A stretch of 64,000 nucleotides of DNA, taken from positions 2,108,001-2,172,000 of the forward strand of contig CDLV01000007.1 of the NCBI GenBank assembly GCA_001244265.2, given 5' to 3'. The position numbers were made by a program, and so were the translations under genes. The first letter of the stretch is position 1, and each line of letters starts with the position of its first letter. The stretch comes from Microbotryum violaceum (taxonomy: Eukaryota). This document shows, piece by piece, positions 33,830-46,013 of this stretch. The notes beneath the pieces were generated by a model. The model had not been told where the DNA came from. It worked only from the letters and a program-made list of their open reading frames with translations, and did no database searches.

Positions 33830-36738
33830 AGACAAAAAAATGGGCGAAAAAAGAAGGAAAAATAAGTAGATAAAATTAGCACTACTAAGTTAATGGCAGA
33901 CTATTTTACTTCGGTCCGGCGGTTACTCTTCGTTATTGAGGACGTACAATTCGCGGAGAGCTGACCTCACCTTCTCTGCCCCTCTTGATTGTGCGCAGAC
34001 GGTGCTGGTGATCAAATACGTTATCCCAAGTAGAAAACAGTAGACAAACGGAAGATTTGAGATTAAAGATATAAATTAATCCCTCTTTTCTGTTTTTATT
34101 TCGAAAATAAGCGCGCGAGGAAAAAGAAAAAGAAAAAGAAAAGAAAAAGAAAAAGAAAAAGAAGGGCAATTGGAGCCGCTAGCAAGTACTTCGAAGGGGT
34201 CTACGAGGATCGCGCTATCGATGACAACGCCTTGGAGAAGATCATCGACGGCCTCGCCTCGACTCGCCTATCCCATGCCGATTCGGACAAGCTCAAAGGA
34301 GCGTACCCCCTAGAGGAGATGACAAAGGCACAAGAGGCGTGTAAGTCGAACTCCTCGCCTGGACCCGACGGTCTCCCGGTCGAGTTTTACCGCGCAACGT
34401 GGACAGCCACAGGCCCCATCCTCCGCGACGTCATCAACTCGATCCCCACCGACGACGCCAGTTCTCGAACGTCGGCCCGCCACACTGCCCACATCCACCT
34501 CATCCACAAGCGCGGCGAGAGGGATCGGCTGGTGAACAAACGCCCCATCTCACTTATCAACGCTGATGATCGCATCATCTCCCAAGCCCACAACCAGCGC
34601 CTTGCCCCTCTGCTCGAGACCCTGATCGGCTCGACCCAGCGCGGTTTCGTTCCGAACCGCTGGATTGGCACGAACATTGCCAAGGTGCAGTGTCTCATGG
34701 ATCCTGGGCTCCCGGGTTCAGAGCCGGTGTCCGGTTTGCTCGCAGTGATGGAATTCGAGAAGGCTTACGACCGTCTTTCCCACGTACATCAATGCCGTCC
34801 TCAGCGCCGTTGGCCTTGGCCCGAAAGCCCGCCAATGGTACCGAGCGACTTATACAAACCAATCCGCCTCGATCTACCTCAACGGATGGCTCTCGGCCGC
34901 GTTCGATATCCTCTCGGGAGTTTGACAAGGCGACCCGCTGGCTCCGTCGCTCTTTGTTCTCGCAATTGAGGGCTTCGCCGTACAGATACGATCACAAGTC
35001 AAGGGCATCGCGAGCCCGGGACTCCCAACCATACGAGAACTTCTCTTCGCCGGCAATGCCTGCTGTGCTCTCCACGACACCTCGGACCTCAACCACCTCA
35101 ATCGGGCGATCGAGCTGTACGAGCGGGCAAGTGCCAGCAAGCTCAGCAACGCCGAATCTTTCCTCTATCCCCTCGGGTCATTCAGGGACCGTCCGATCCC
35201 TTCACACCTCGGGTCCTGGCGTCTCAGTGACTTGCAGTTTCGTTACCTGGGAGTGCAGGTTGGGGTGGACATCGCCGAGGATGCGGGCTGGGAAGAGGTC
35301 AAGTCCGCGACCGTCGCCCGGATACGATCCATCCCGATGTACAACCTTCTGTACGCAGCAAAATGTTCGATAATCAATATCTACTGCTACACGAAGATTC
35401 TCTACTACAATCGCTTCATCCCAGCTTCCAAGAGCGTTGTCAAGGAGATTGAGGACGCGGTCATGATCGCTATCCACGGTCGAGCCTCGGACGGATCTCA
35501 GAAACCCCCGAAGGTCTCTCGCCTGCGCCTCTGCACCCCTCTTGACCACGGTGGCTTCGGTTTGATCGACTTACCCCAGCGTCTCGCGATCGATCACGCC
35601 AAGTGGGTCTTTCATCTTCGGGACCCGAACGGCTGCTTCATTCGGCACCTCTTCGACATCCGCACTCGCCTTCAGGCGGCGAACGAACGCACCCCCTTTA
35701 CCTTGTCCAAATCGGGCCCCAACCCACATCGTCGCTCGTGGGTCTGGATCTGGTGGGCCTACTTTTGCCACCCTCCTCCACAGTGGGAACGCGCGGTGAG
35801 GAAGACGAAGGTGCTGCTCCCTCCACGATGGATCCGCTACTTCGAAGCCTGGGATTTGGTGACAACGCTCAACCCCCCCCCCCCCCGAACTTTCCAAGAG
35901 CCTGAATCTCGAGCAATGGGCAACACACATCCTCTACTTCCCAGCAGACCATGGAATCCAACTCTCGGTGAACCCGACGCTTTTCCGAGGACCCGATGGC
36001 GAGGTGATGACTCCGTATTTGTTTGTGAACGCGTCCAAACGCCACCAAGCCTTCCTCTACCCTCCTATCCTCTCTGTCGGTCATCAGAGGGTTTACTGTC
36101 TCCCCGAGCAACGCTGGAATGCCTGGTGGAAGGCGCTACGCAAGGTTCGCAGGGTTCTTTCGGACGCCAAAGACACGGCCCACCTCCTCTCCCTGGGGTC
36201 ACTTCATCCAGGTAGCCAACTCGCTTCTTCAAACAGCCCTTTTCTCCACAATCGATCTACCGCATGTGCTATGTGCCTGTCGGAGGCTCTGGAGACCCTG
36301 GCACACCTAGCGGTCGGTTGCCCGTTTGCCCGCCGCCTCTGGTCTGCGCTCACTCCTTTCCCACACCCCCACTTTGTTCAGTTCGTGTGCCCGGTCGTTT
36401 CTCGCTCGGAACGCCGACTCGTCGAGCTGTGTCTACTCTTCTTCCATGCGATCTGGAAGCTCTCTCGTCACCGCCGATTTTCGTCGGATCCTCTGGAGCC
36501 GATCGCCGAAACGGCATTCGAGGAGCTCCGCGCGTCCATCCAGAAGTCCAAGGGACGATTGGTTTCGCTGTAATCACCTAAGGGGGTTTTAGTGGGTATG
36601 GTTGATTTTGTTCCAAGGTCAACGAGTCCTACACTACTGGCCTAGCCAGTGTGCTTAACTGCATTTCCTCCGTCTTTTCCGAGGATTTTTAGGCATTAAT
36701 ATAGATATGCTGTTAATGAAATCTATTAGTTAAAAAAA
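29524..36738 (+). mobile_element. LINE-a: near full-length L1/Tx1-like non-LTR retrotransposon, degenerate; ORF1 about 29620-31039, ORF2 about 31023-36573
   Basis: ORF1 has two CCHC knuckles (CVFCRSAAHVRKDC, CKSCASTSHASQHC). ORF2 has APE (AANVQS, LSET, RLDRIYVS), RT (SPGPDGLP, RPISLIN, FEKAYD, QGDPL, YLG) and a C-terminal CxxC...HLxxxC; ends in A7 at 36732-36738. Confidence 0.92.
32187..34163. other. About 2-kb A/T-rich mosaic insertion between the LINE endonuclease and RT domains
   Basis: ORF2 reads VHSDPDSR then resumes AIGAASKYFEG at about 34166. The insert holds A-tracts of about 39-40 nt and internal inverted repeats. Confidence 0.8.
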
Positions 36739-37344
36739 GCAAGTTTGGTGCGTTTGCCCCGGAAGAAAGGTGCGTTTACCAATTAAGGATGGTGCATCTA
36801 CCACGTAGCGGGGCAATCCGCTGTATCTCGTGTAGTATGCCATGTATCACCTTGAAACTTGACGAGCTCTTTTACATGATCACCAAGTACGTCCACCTTC
36901 AGTAAGGAGCACTCTCACCCGGATCTCATGTAGTTGAAAATCGTGCCCGTACTCCCCCCCCCACGGGCTCGACGAAGGCCCCCAGGCATCGAAATATTCA
37001 CTCTTTCTTTTACTGGGTACTACAACGGGTCAAGTGATCCGACCATGCGTGTCACTGCCCGAGCAAAGTAGGCCCTGCATCCACTGCACAGCCGCGCATC
37101 GCCGCCAGCGAAATTGCTCAATCTTGTCTGGGTGCACGTAGCCTGCTTGACGCGTCGCGTCGCGCCAAATGCCTACTTCTACTTTCGACTCATGTTCACC
37201 GTGCCACGCCAGTTCCTGCCATCCGTTGCCATCGACCGATACTCGCCTTGGTTCCGTGTCCCATACGTCATGTCCAGTCAGCAGATGAATGCAACGCTCC
37301 AGAACAAGGGTGGCTGACCCCGCATTGGGACCCGACCAATCGAC

Positions 37345-38600
37345 ATGACCCGCCCACCTGCACATGGCACCTCCCAGATGTCCTCGACTATGTCTACCCA
37401 GAAGAAAGACTTGGGCCAGCGGGAGCCCGATATCATTGACCAATCTCCCTCAGTGACGCACTCCAATCAAATCTCAATGACTCCTGAGGGCTGCTCCGAC
37501 GCTGTCGACTCGAACGCCGACTCAGACCCCGCCGTCGACGACTCCGAAGCCAGCTCCTCCGATGGCGGCGAAGAAGCCATGGATCGACTGCGCCAAGTCG
37601 TCAACCTCCTCGAAAATTGTGCACCCAATCATCTACACCTGGAGTATGACACAATGCAAGCCAAACGTCAAGCGACCATGTCGTCGAACCTCCTCTGGTC
37701 GGCGGAAGAGAAAGCCGACTACGGGCAATGGCCGCTGATTCTTGGTGAGTGAAGGAAAGCAGATGAATGGACGCTCAAGGACACCATACCAATTCTCAAG
37801 CTTCCTTTGTACATGGCCACCGAAGTAGGTCGATACTGGTTCCAAGCATAAGCAGTCATTGATGGCTAGTTGAAGTTGCTGATTAGGAAGCAAAACGGAC
37901 AAAAGTCTTCCTCACCGATCCTCCTCCTATCCTTCATTGGCGAAACCAACCGGAACAGGAGCACGAATGGATAGCCTGCAAATACGAACGTTGCCTCGCC
38001 GTAATAGAAACATCTCACGGTGCTCCATCGATCTCTTTCCATCAGCATCCGGCGGATCACCTGACATTGTGCCCGGTCATTGGGTGCTGGTTGAGGCCCG
38101 TCTGTCCGACCACACCTTCCGCTTCCATGACTCGCTGCGGCGATCTAAAGAAAGCGTAGACGACCCGAACATTTCATCGCCGGAACAAAACTTTGCCAAT
38201 TGTTTCAAGGTGAAAGGGAGAAGCGACTTGTGTGGATCGCGCTCACCTGATAGGCTGACTATAATCCGCCGAGCTCATGATCGCAGAACATCGTTCCTTT
38301 CCTCACGGCTCGGGTAGAAGGCCCCATCCCTGGTGTCACCGGAGACAGTGACCGGCCCAAAATCCCGTACGCAGAGTGGGAGGGAGTGGTCGTGAAACCG
38401 CGAGTACCGAAGAAGGGGGACTTGATGCCTAGGACAGAGTTTACGCGACAGCCCGATAGCAACGCTTGCGGCGTCTTCGTTTGTCGAACGATGGAAACCT
38501 TTAGACTGGAGCTGGAGCCCACTCAAGCCACTACAGGACAACTTCTATGCTAACCAATGCGCATACATGTTAGACGTGGTTAAACATACTCGCTTGCGGT
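37345..38600 (+). pseudogene. Ulp1-like (C48) SUMO protease remnant, intron-containing; boundaries approximate
   Basis: GHWVLVEA (about 38075), FHDSL and QPDSNACGVFV (38449-38481) give the His-Asp-Gln-Cys catalytic order of C48 peptidases. Confidence 0.7.
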
Positions 38601-40599
38601 GTGACACGGAGTTGGAAGCAAATTCTGACCCCCCTCCCCTCGATTTGCAAGAGGGGAGTGGAGCTCCTCCGCCGGTTCTCGGTCAGTCATCCTACTGTTG
38701 ATCTCAACGACCTGATCTTAGTGATAGTTCGAGATTGCTTGATATTGAGGCTGACACTCTTGTGTATGCAGAATCTGTCCCACTCGCGCTCAAGGAGAGT
38801 TCGCCGGAGCTCGAAGAGAAGCCCTTGGGATCGGGAGCGCCCGGCATTGAATTTTGCGCGCCTACCCCCGTTCTGATTGACCCTTCGGTCGGCACAATTT
38901 ACACCTCTGAGCCCAATCCCGACGCTCAATGTACTTCTCCGTTGATTTCACGAAGCCCGCGGCCCAACCCGGCACCGCCAATTGCAACGATTGGTTCGAT
39001 GCCAGATGCGCCGCCAATGAGACTCCCGAGGGTCGTAAGGTTCGACCCTACTCCCCCTCTGCCGGTGTCTGAGGCACTCGAGGTCGTTGCTTGCTTGCCA
39101 AGGTATCAAACACGTACATTGGCCGTTCGACCACGCTATATCCAAAAGCCCCAAGCCCTCGCCAATCGAAGCGCAAGAGGGAAGAATCTTTTTTCAAAGC
39201 TGCGCGGCTTCGCTGAAGCCTTGCACTCAATGCCTGGCCGCAATACAAATCTGATGTTGGAGTCAATTGCTCAAGGTATGGGCTCTCCCAAACTGCATCG
39301 GACCCTTCCTTGTCATCAGAACACTCACATTGGTCATGGTTCATTTTGAGCAGCTGCAAGAAGAGGAGTGAGGTCGTCGATCCTAAGCTGTGCCATTATG
39401 AGTAGAACGGAAGGATGTATATACATACATATAATGAGATAATGATCGCGGCTAGTGACATTTGTGAGAACACTTGGTGATGTGCTACTAGCTTTGTTAG
39501 GACATGTTCACGGATGGTTTGGAAAGGCAGTCAATGATCTTCCTTGTCCAAATTCAAGCTGAGGCAGGAAATACGGCGAGGAATGCTATAAAAGGTGTCC
39601 CACTGCATATGGACACATCCCGCAGCTCCGAGATGATTGTTCGTCTTAGTCATTGTATTGCAGCCTAGGGTGGGGGGGGGCTACTCGGTCCGGGGTCCGG
39701 ACGACTCGGCCGCGGCGTGGACGAGAGCCGGCCCGGGTGCACGCACGATTTCCAACTACATGGGATCCTGATGAGAGTGCTCCTTACTGAACCGGGGGAG
39801 GTAAATGTCCAAAAAATGAGGTGAGCCTCGACCCATTTTGAGCCAAAAATGTCCAAAATTGCGGGCTGCCTAGCCGATTTTCGGGTCCACAGAATGTCCA
39901 AATTTGCGGGCCGCCTCTGGCTGGGCTTTCGGGGGTCCTCGGCAGCCTGCATGCCTGCAGGCCACCGGCGTGCCACGGCCCACGGCCCACAGCCGCGTGC
40001 ACAGCCCACTACAGTCCGGCTAAGGAGCATATCAAAACTTAGAGGCGCGTGGGCTGGAGTCGTGACCCGGCGTTTTCGTGTTCGTAAAATAACGCGCCCC
40101 CGGAGAGGGCGACGGGTTCCTGAACCTCTGACGGAGTACATGACACCAACTGACAGCGTCAGCTAGAATTACTAAGAACGTGCCATGGGTCGGGTATACA
40201 GCACCGAGTTCTCGAGTCAGGCGTCGGTTCACATGAATGAGACGTGTAAATGTGCCAAACGTTAATGATCATTGCAGACAATGAGATCGAGCCAGAGCCG
40301 GGGTATAAATGCATAAGTTGAGATCACTCGACATTGCCCATGTCACAGTCCGCGTCTGGACGCGTTTGTGCAGTGTTCGCATGTGGTCGTCAGCGCCGGG
40401 GACCCACATCGCGCGTTCACCGAAGTCAGCTATAAGGAGTGGTCTCAGTTGACGTTGAGAGATCGGGACTTCCGTGAGCGACTTGGGCGCGACCTGCAGT
40501 GGCTAGGCGTGGTGAATGTGTCCACCGCTGAGAGACATGGGAATCAAATGGCATGGAATGTCAGTATTCTCCCACAGATCTTTCACGGTGGGAAGAGCG

Positions 40600-42900
40600 T
40601 TACAACCCACGATTAGATGACTTTTTGTCGTTGGCCTAAACGGCATCTGCTTGGTCGAGAAACTTGTCCTTGATGCGCCCAAGGCTGAGATATCTCGTCA
40701 TCGCAACGGTGAGTGTAAATCTGCCGGGTTGACGGTGACGAAGAGGGTGTACATACCGAACGCGTTGACGTTTCCGCGGATCTCATTCCTCATGTCGAGC
40801 ATCTGCGCAGTTGTGCCGTGAATTTTGTCTCCGACACTTTGCAATTCCGCTATAATACGGTTGATATGCTTCTTTGCTTCTGTTGTTGCTCTGTACATTT
40901 TCGTGTCCTTGGATTTTTGGATCATTTCGGACACAGCATCCATGTCGATTTCGAGCAGTGCTGCTGCGACTCGAGCCACCTTCTCTTTGGGGACCCGACA
41001 AGCGAGTTGGCGAAACACTTCTCGTCGGCGGAGCACGTTCGAGACGATGAATGGGAAAGACGGGTCGGATCGAAATCGCTGTCGTATAGATTGAGCAAAT
41101 GGTTGACTTGCTCGTCCAGAGAAACCTTGAGGTTGCGCTCGACACAGAAACCGACGGGACCAAATGGATCAAGGTGTGGCCACAGCTTTGAGAGCACGAG
41201 CTCGTCCGAGGGTTCCCACGAAGGGGCGTCACCTGTCGGAATGACATAGGTGGGCTTATCCTAGTTGAGATAACGGAGAGCTTTCTCAAGAGCAGCCATG
41301 AGTGAATTGGTGAATTGGTTCGTCGGTAGGGGGTGGCGGCACATGGACGTGTTCGAATACTACTTCATCAGAGTCGTTATGCAGTGCGTTGTTGCGTAGC
41401 CTTCAAAGAGCGATGATTTTGGTTCCACTGTCTCTGCGGTCACCACATTCGCCAAAACTACGTCGGGCACGAGACCGTCTCCATCCGCGATTTGTCGATC
41501 CGATACTTGGGGAGCAACCCAGACGTAAGCCGAAGTCAGAGTCGAAGCTGAAACCGCCGTAGAAGCTGAAGAGGTCGGGTTGAGCGCACCCGCCCGGGCC
41601 GGAACTGCGTCGAACGAACTGTGCAATCGCCATCAAAGGAGCGGCAGAGTGCGCCGAATTCTTGCTTTCGTTGATCAACCACCTGAGCATCTTTTGGATT
41701 CGATTCTGCTTCACGATCATGGGTCGACACTTGTCAGCTCCGTAAGGTTGGGGCTCCCTTCGCAGAATAAAACGTAAACACTGTCAGCGAGTTCCTCGAC
41801 TGACATGGGCAGTACATCGGTGAGCGAAGCGGTGTTCTGGCTGAAGATGAAGGTGTTTCCGCGCGTAAGTTCTTGTTGAGCTTTCGGGATATCCGAAACG
41901 AGTTAGCTTGTAGACGATCTTGTAGGCTCTGGCGCGCGCAGTGACCAGGTGCTCAAGCTGACTTGCGTTGGAAAAGCAATCTCGGACATCAGCGGGGACG
42001 TGATCCAGTGTGGGATAAAATCCGTTGCTCAACGATCGAGGGGGCTTAGTCGGTGGCCCTGTGGCAGGGAATAACCGTTTGAAGCAGTCTGGACAGAGCG
42101 AGCACTGAAGCGTGTTGTTCGTGCGCGAGAGTACGCGATCTGATCGATTAAATCGCTCGGTCGATGGAGACGTCGGGGATGGATGAGTGCAAAAAATCGT
42201 AAGTCGGAGGTCCGTCCGTAGTGTAGAGTTGGTTGATCCCCTCCAGGTCCTTGATCCCTCACCCTTGTTGTCGTCTTCAGGCACCCATCTTACGTTATGC
42301 CCAAAGACTCTCTCGGAACACACCAGGCAGCAGAAAAGACGGGAACGAGCGTCGGTGAAGTAATCATTCCATTTAGAACGGTTCTCGGTCTTGAACTGAT
42401 CGGATGCTGGCGCAACATGCAATGCCACTTTACAAAAAAGGGATCTTCTTGTGCGGGTTCGGGATGCAGCGGTGGACGTCTGTGCAGCGTTTGTTTAGAG
42501 TCAGTCGCTGAGACGTTCTCGCGATTCGTCTGGACCTCCTCGTTCAGTCAGGCTCGAAGCACGTCAACAGGTTTTGATGCGTATGCTCTATGGTCGGAGA
42601 AGCAACGACGACGGGGCCGAGTCACGGGACTCGCCACTTGTTGCCTTCTGAAAACATGCCCATTTGAACAAGCATTACAGTGGGGATCGCACGACCAAAG
42701 GAGCGCTTGTAGGGATAGCTCTTTCGCGAGCGGGTTCCTCCTGGAGTATCCTTCCACGTGGTGCGCCCGGCGAAAAAGCTCCTTCAAGTTCAGGAGATCC
42801 ATGCTGAAGTTGATGTTGCTGCACACGAGCTGCCCAAGACTGCCTTTGACAACCACATCATCGTTTGATCGGTGCGACGGGAGGATCGGCTGTCGCTAGT
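40600..42900 (-). mobile_element. Second Helitron/Helentron-type Rep remnant, heavily frameshifted
   Basis: MRNEIRGNVNAFGMYTLFVTVNPADLHSP, LWPHLDPFG and upstream CxxC motifs (CLVCSE, CPDC) resemble the Helitron-like Rep N-terminus; no helicase seen. Confidence 0.75.
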
Positions 42901-45775
42901 GATGGACGCGAGGCTTAACACGTTGCCGAAATTCGAGCGTTGTGCACTGCAGTGGGCTGACCTCGATGGTGCGGAGGTGTACAAGATCAGAAAGTAGTGA
43001 CATGACGGCGGTTGTGTGATAGCCTGTCTTAGAGATGCGAGGAAGCTCCGTCCAAGTCAGCACAAAGCAGTACATATGTAATGATCGGCGCGCTTAGCCG
43101 GGGTCCTCCTATCCGGGGGAGCATTGTTCAAACCGATCGGCGCTGAAATCAGGCTCCCCTATTGCGCTCTTAGGCAGGGTCCCCCTGCGGGGTAGCTTTG
43201 TTTAAACCAATCGGCGCTAAAAACGGGCTCGCCTATGGAACTTAAACAGCCACGCGCGTGCGGTATTTCGGTCATTTCGTCCAATAAAATCTCAGAAGTG
43301 TACCCTTTTCCACCTCGGGCAGACATAAAACATACGCCTCAACAGGCGCGCGCGCAGCGCCCCCTCACACGCCTTCCAAGTCACTGCCGCATCGGGGTGC
43401 AGCCTTGCTACCCGAGGGCGCCGACTTGGCCCAGGTTACACCCAACTCTCTGCTTCGAGTCGATTCTGTGTACACACAACACTCTAACAGCTGCTAGATT
43501 AATTGGTGTTAGAAGTGGGGTCTGAGAGCCTAACTCATTGCTATTAGTCTTGGTTAATGCTTTATTCTGCGCGCGCGCATATCTTTGTCTTTGCGTCTTT
43601 TTTTCCTTCTGGGTTCCTTCTCCACGCTATTCTCATCATCTCACTCGTGTATCTCGGAGCTGAGTCGTGGAGTACCTCTTAGGTTAGTTACTGCAAAGCC
43701 ACGCTATTCTCATCATCTCACTCGTGTATCTCGGAGCTGGGTCGTGGAGTACCTCTTAGTCCTTGTTGCAACAGGTTATGAGCTCAACGGGCGAATCCGA
43801 CTTCCCCAACGGGTCGGGCAATCGCTTGTATCTCAAGGACACACAAGGGTACAAGAGCTGGTCACAACGTGCGTTTATCAATCTTCGAGCCGACAAAGTA
43901 TGGGATGTCGTCAATCAATCCATCGACTCCCTTGTCGCGGACTATCGGTCCACGCTCGTTATCGCACATGCAACTGCGTCCGTCGCGCCAGTTGAACCAG
44001 CCTCCTCCGGCTTTAGCGGGCTTGGGGGGGGGGGGCTCTGGTTCTGCGCACTCGGACGCCTCGCCCAGGCTCACCAGCGTTCAAGTTGCGGACAAGGTCG
44101 CGGAATATCGCGAACGGGCCATCCGCCGCAACGATTTGGCATGCAAGTACATCGCCAATTCGATCTCTGAGGAACAGATGTCTCACTTGATTCATCTTAC
44201 CTCGGCGTACGAGATGTGGGACACCCTCCGTGGTCTCCACTCTCACGGTCGCCCGAGTCGCACTATGGACCTCCTCAACACTCTAGCGCAACCTTACTCT
44301 GGGGATATTCCTTTTAAGGAATTTGTCAACGAGGTCAAGATCGCCATGACCGATTTTCAGAACCTCGGAGCTCCGCTTCCGCATTGGCTGTTTGCAGGCA
44401 TGCTCGTTCGGTCGCTCCCAGCCCAGTATGACTCGATCGTTGGGAACCTTGCCTCCAACATTGACATCCACATGGATTGGAACACGTTCTATCCGAAACT
44501 CCTGATGAATGTCGAAATGGCTGATTCCCGAAACAAACAAAAGGAATCGTTATCCGCTCGGATCGTTGACAATACTAGCCTCGTCGCCCGTATTTCCACC
44601 ACGGCGCAAAAGGACTACTCCAAGTCGTATTGTTCGCGCTGCAAAGCACTGGGACACGAGCGTGGTTGGCGTCTCTATCCAAGCAGGAACAAGGATGCGA
44701 GCGCTCCCGCTTCCTCGGACTCAAATTCGAACGTAGCTGCCATTGGTGTAGATGAATCTGCATTGATGACCTACACTTTCCCCTATTCGCGAACGATGCC
44801 ACGTTTTCCATGGATCATTGACTCGGGTGCTAAGGTCCATTGCGTTGGAGACAAGTTGGTCCTATCGGACGTTGTCTCTGAGCCTCTCAAGAATTTCTGT
44901 CGCCAATCAATCTCAAATTGAATCTCCCGGTCATGGCTCAGTGACGTTTCTTACCTCATATGGCGCTCGTATCACCATTAAGAGTCTACTACATGCCCGG
45001 TGCTCAATGCGGTTTTATCTCCATCGACCGTCTGTTGGAATTGATGACGTACGCTGTTGGTCCCCAAAGCAATCTCATTTTCAGCATCCGCGGCAAGTCG
45101 ATTCTGCGCTCGCTTCCTGGTCGGGGGTATGTCATGGGTGCAGCTCCCGTTCAGCCTATCATGTCATCCTCACCGCCTTCAATGGTCGGAGCCAATCGTC
45201 TCACTGGAACCTGTACGTTGATGCAAGCACATCGGAAGTTGGGCCATCAATCTCCTGCGGCGATCGTTTTGGCCGTCAAATCCGGGGCTATCACTGGCAT
45301 CACTCTGAAGGACGAAAAGGTTACTCCTTGCTTCTCGTGCATCCAGGCCAAGTCAAAGCGATCACCCTTCTCCAACAAGAGTACCAAAGCGCCTCATGCA
45401 CTCTACCGCGTCTTCATCGATCTCGGGTTTGTCAAACATCCCAATCACCATGGCAATACTATCTATCTCGCTATTGTGGATCAGTATTTGATGGCTAAAT
45501 GGACGATTGTGCTAAAGGACAAGAGGGCTGAGACAATTATCAAAGCATGGTCAAAATTTCAAGCCGAGTCCGAGCGTCAAACGGGTCAGAAAATCAAGAG
45601 GGTCAGATCGGACAATAGTCGTGAATTTGACAACTCATTGTTCCGGGCTCTTCTTGAAAAGCAGGGCATCATCGTGGAATTCACGGCCCCCTATACTCCG
45701 GAGCAAAATGGTCAAGTAGAGCGACTCAATGGATCTCTCATGGGTCTCGTTCGATCAATGCTCCTCAACTCCGGT

Positions 45776-46013
45776 TGTAAGGCGCGCGCGCGCCTTACTA
45801 CGGGCCACAGGTATTAGAAATAGAGATCGCGCGCACCTAGCTTCTTCAGTTCCCTCCCCATCGGGCTGACACCAGAAGCTAGGTGAGTACTGGTGTTCCA
45901 TATCTCAGCACTCTCGTATATCGGGCTGACACCAGAAGCTAGTTGCAATCCATATAACTTGCACCTGTCAGCTAGGTCGCCAGTGAGGCTCGAGAGCGAT
46001 CTCGTGCCTTTCA
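45776..46013 (+). repeat. Solo LTR (238 bp, Gypsy-like ends) inserted in Copia-2 integrase
   Basis: TGTAAGGC...GCCTTTCA with TSD CCGGT at 45771-45775 and 46014-46018; host frame LLNSG resumes as LPMRFW. Confidence 0.93.

Noticed and set aside
32488-34169. Poly-Phe and poly-Lys ORFs
   Set aside because: Translation artefacts of A/T homopolymer tracts.
36830-36838. GTGTAGTAT as the remainder of a U2 target site after LINE-a
   Set aside because: Only 9 nt match, about 90 bp from the poly(A), and the following sequence is not U2.
36949-39685. C-run/G-run inverted ends around the Ulp1 region as TIRs
   Set aside because: The match is mostly homopolymer and there is no TSD.
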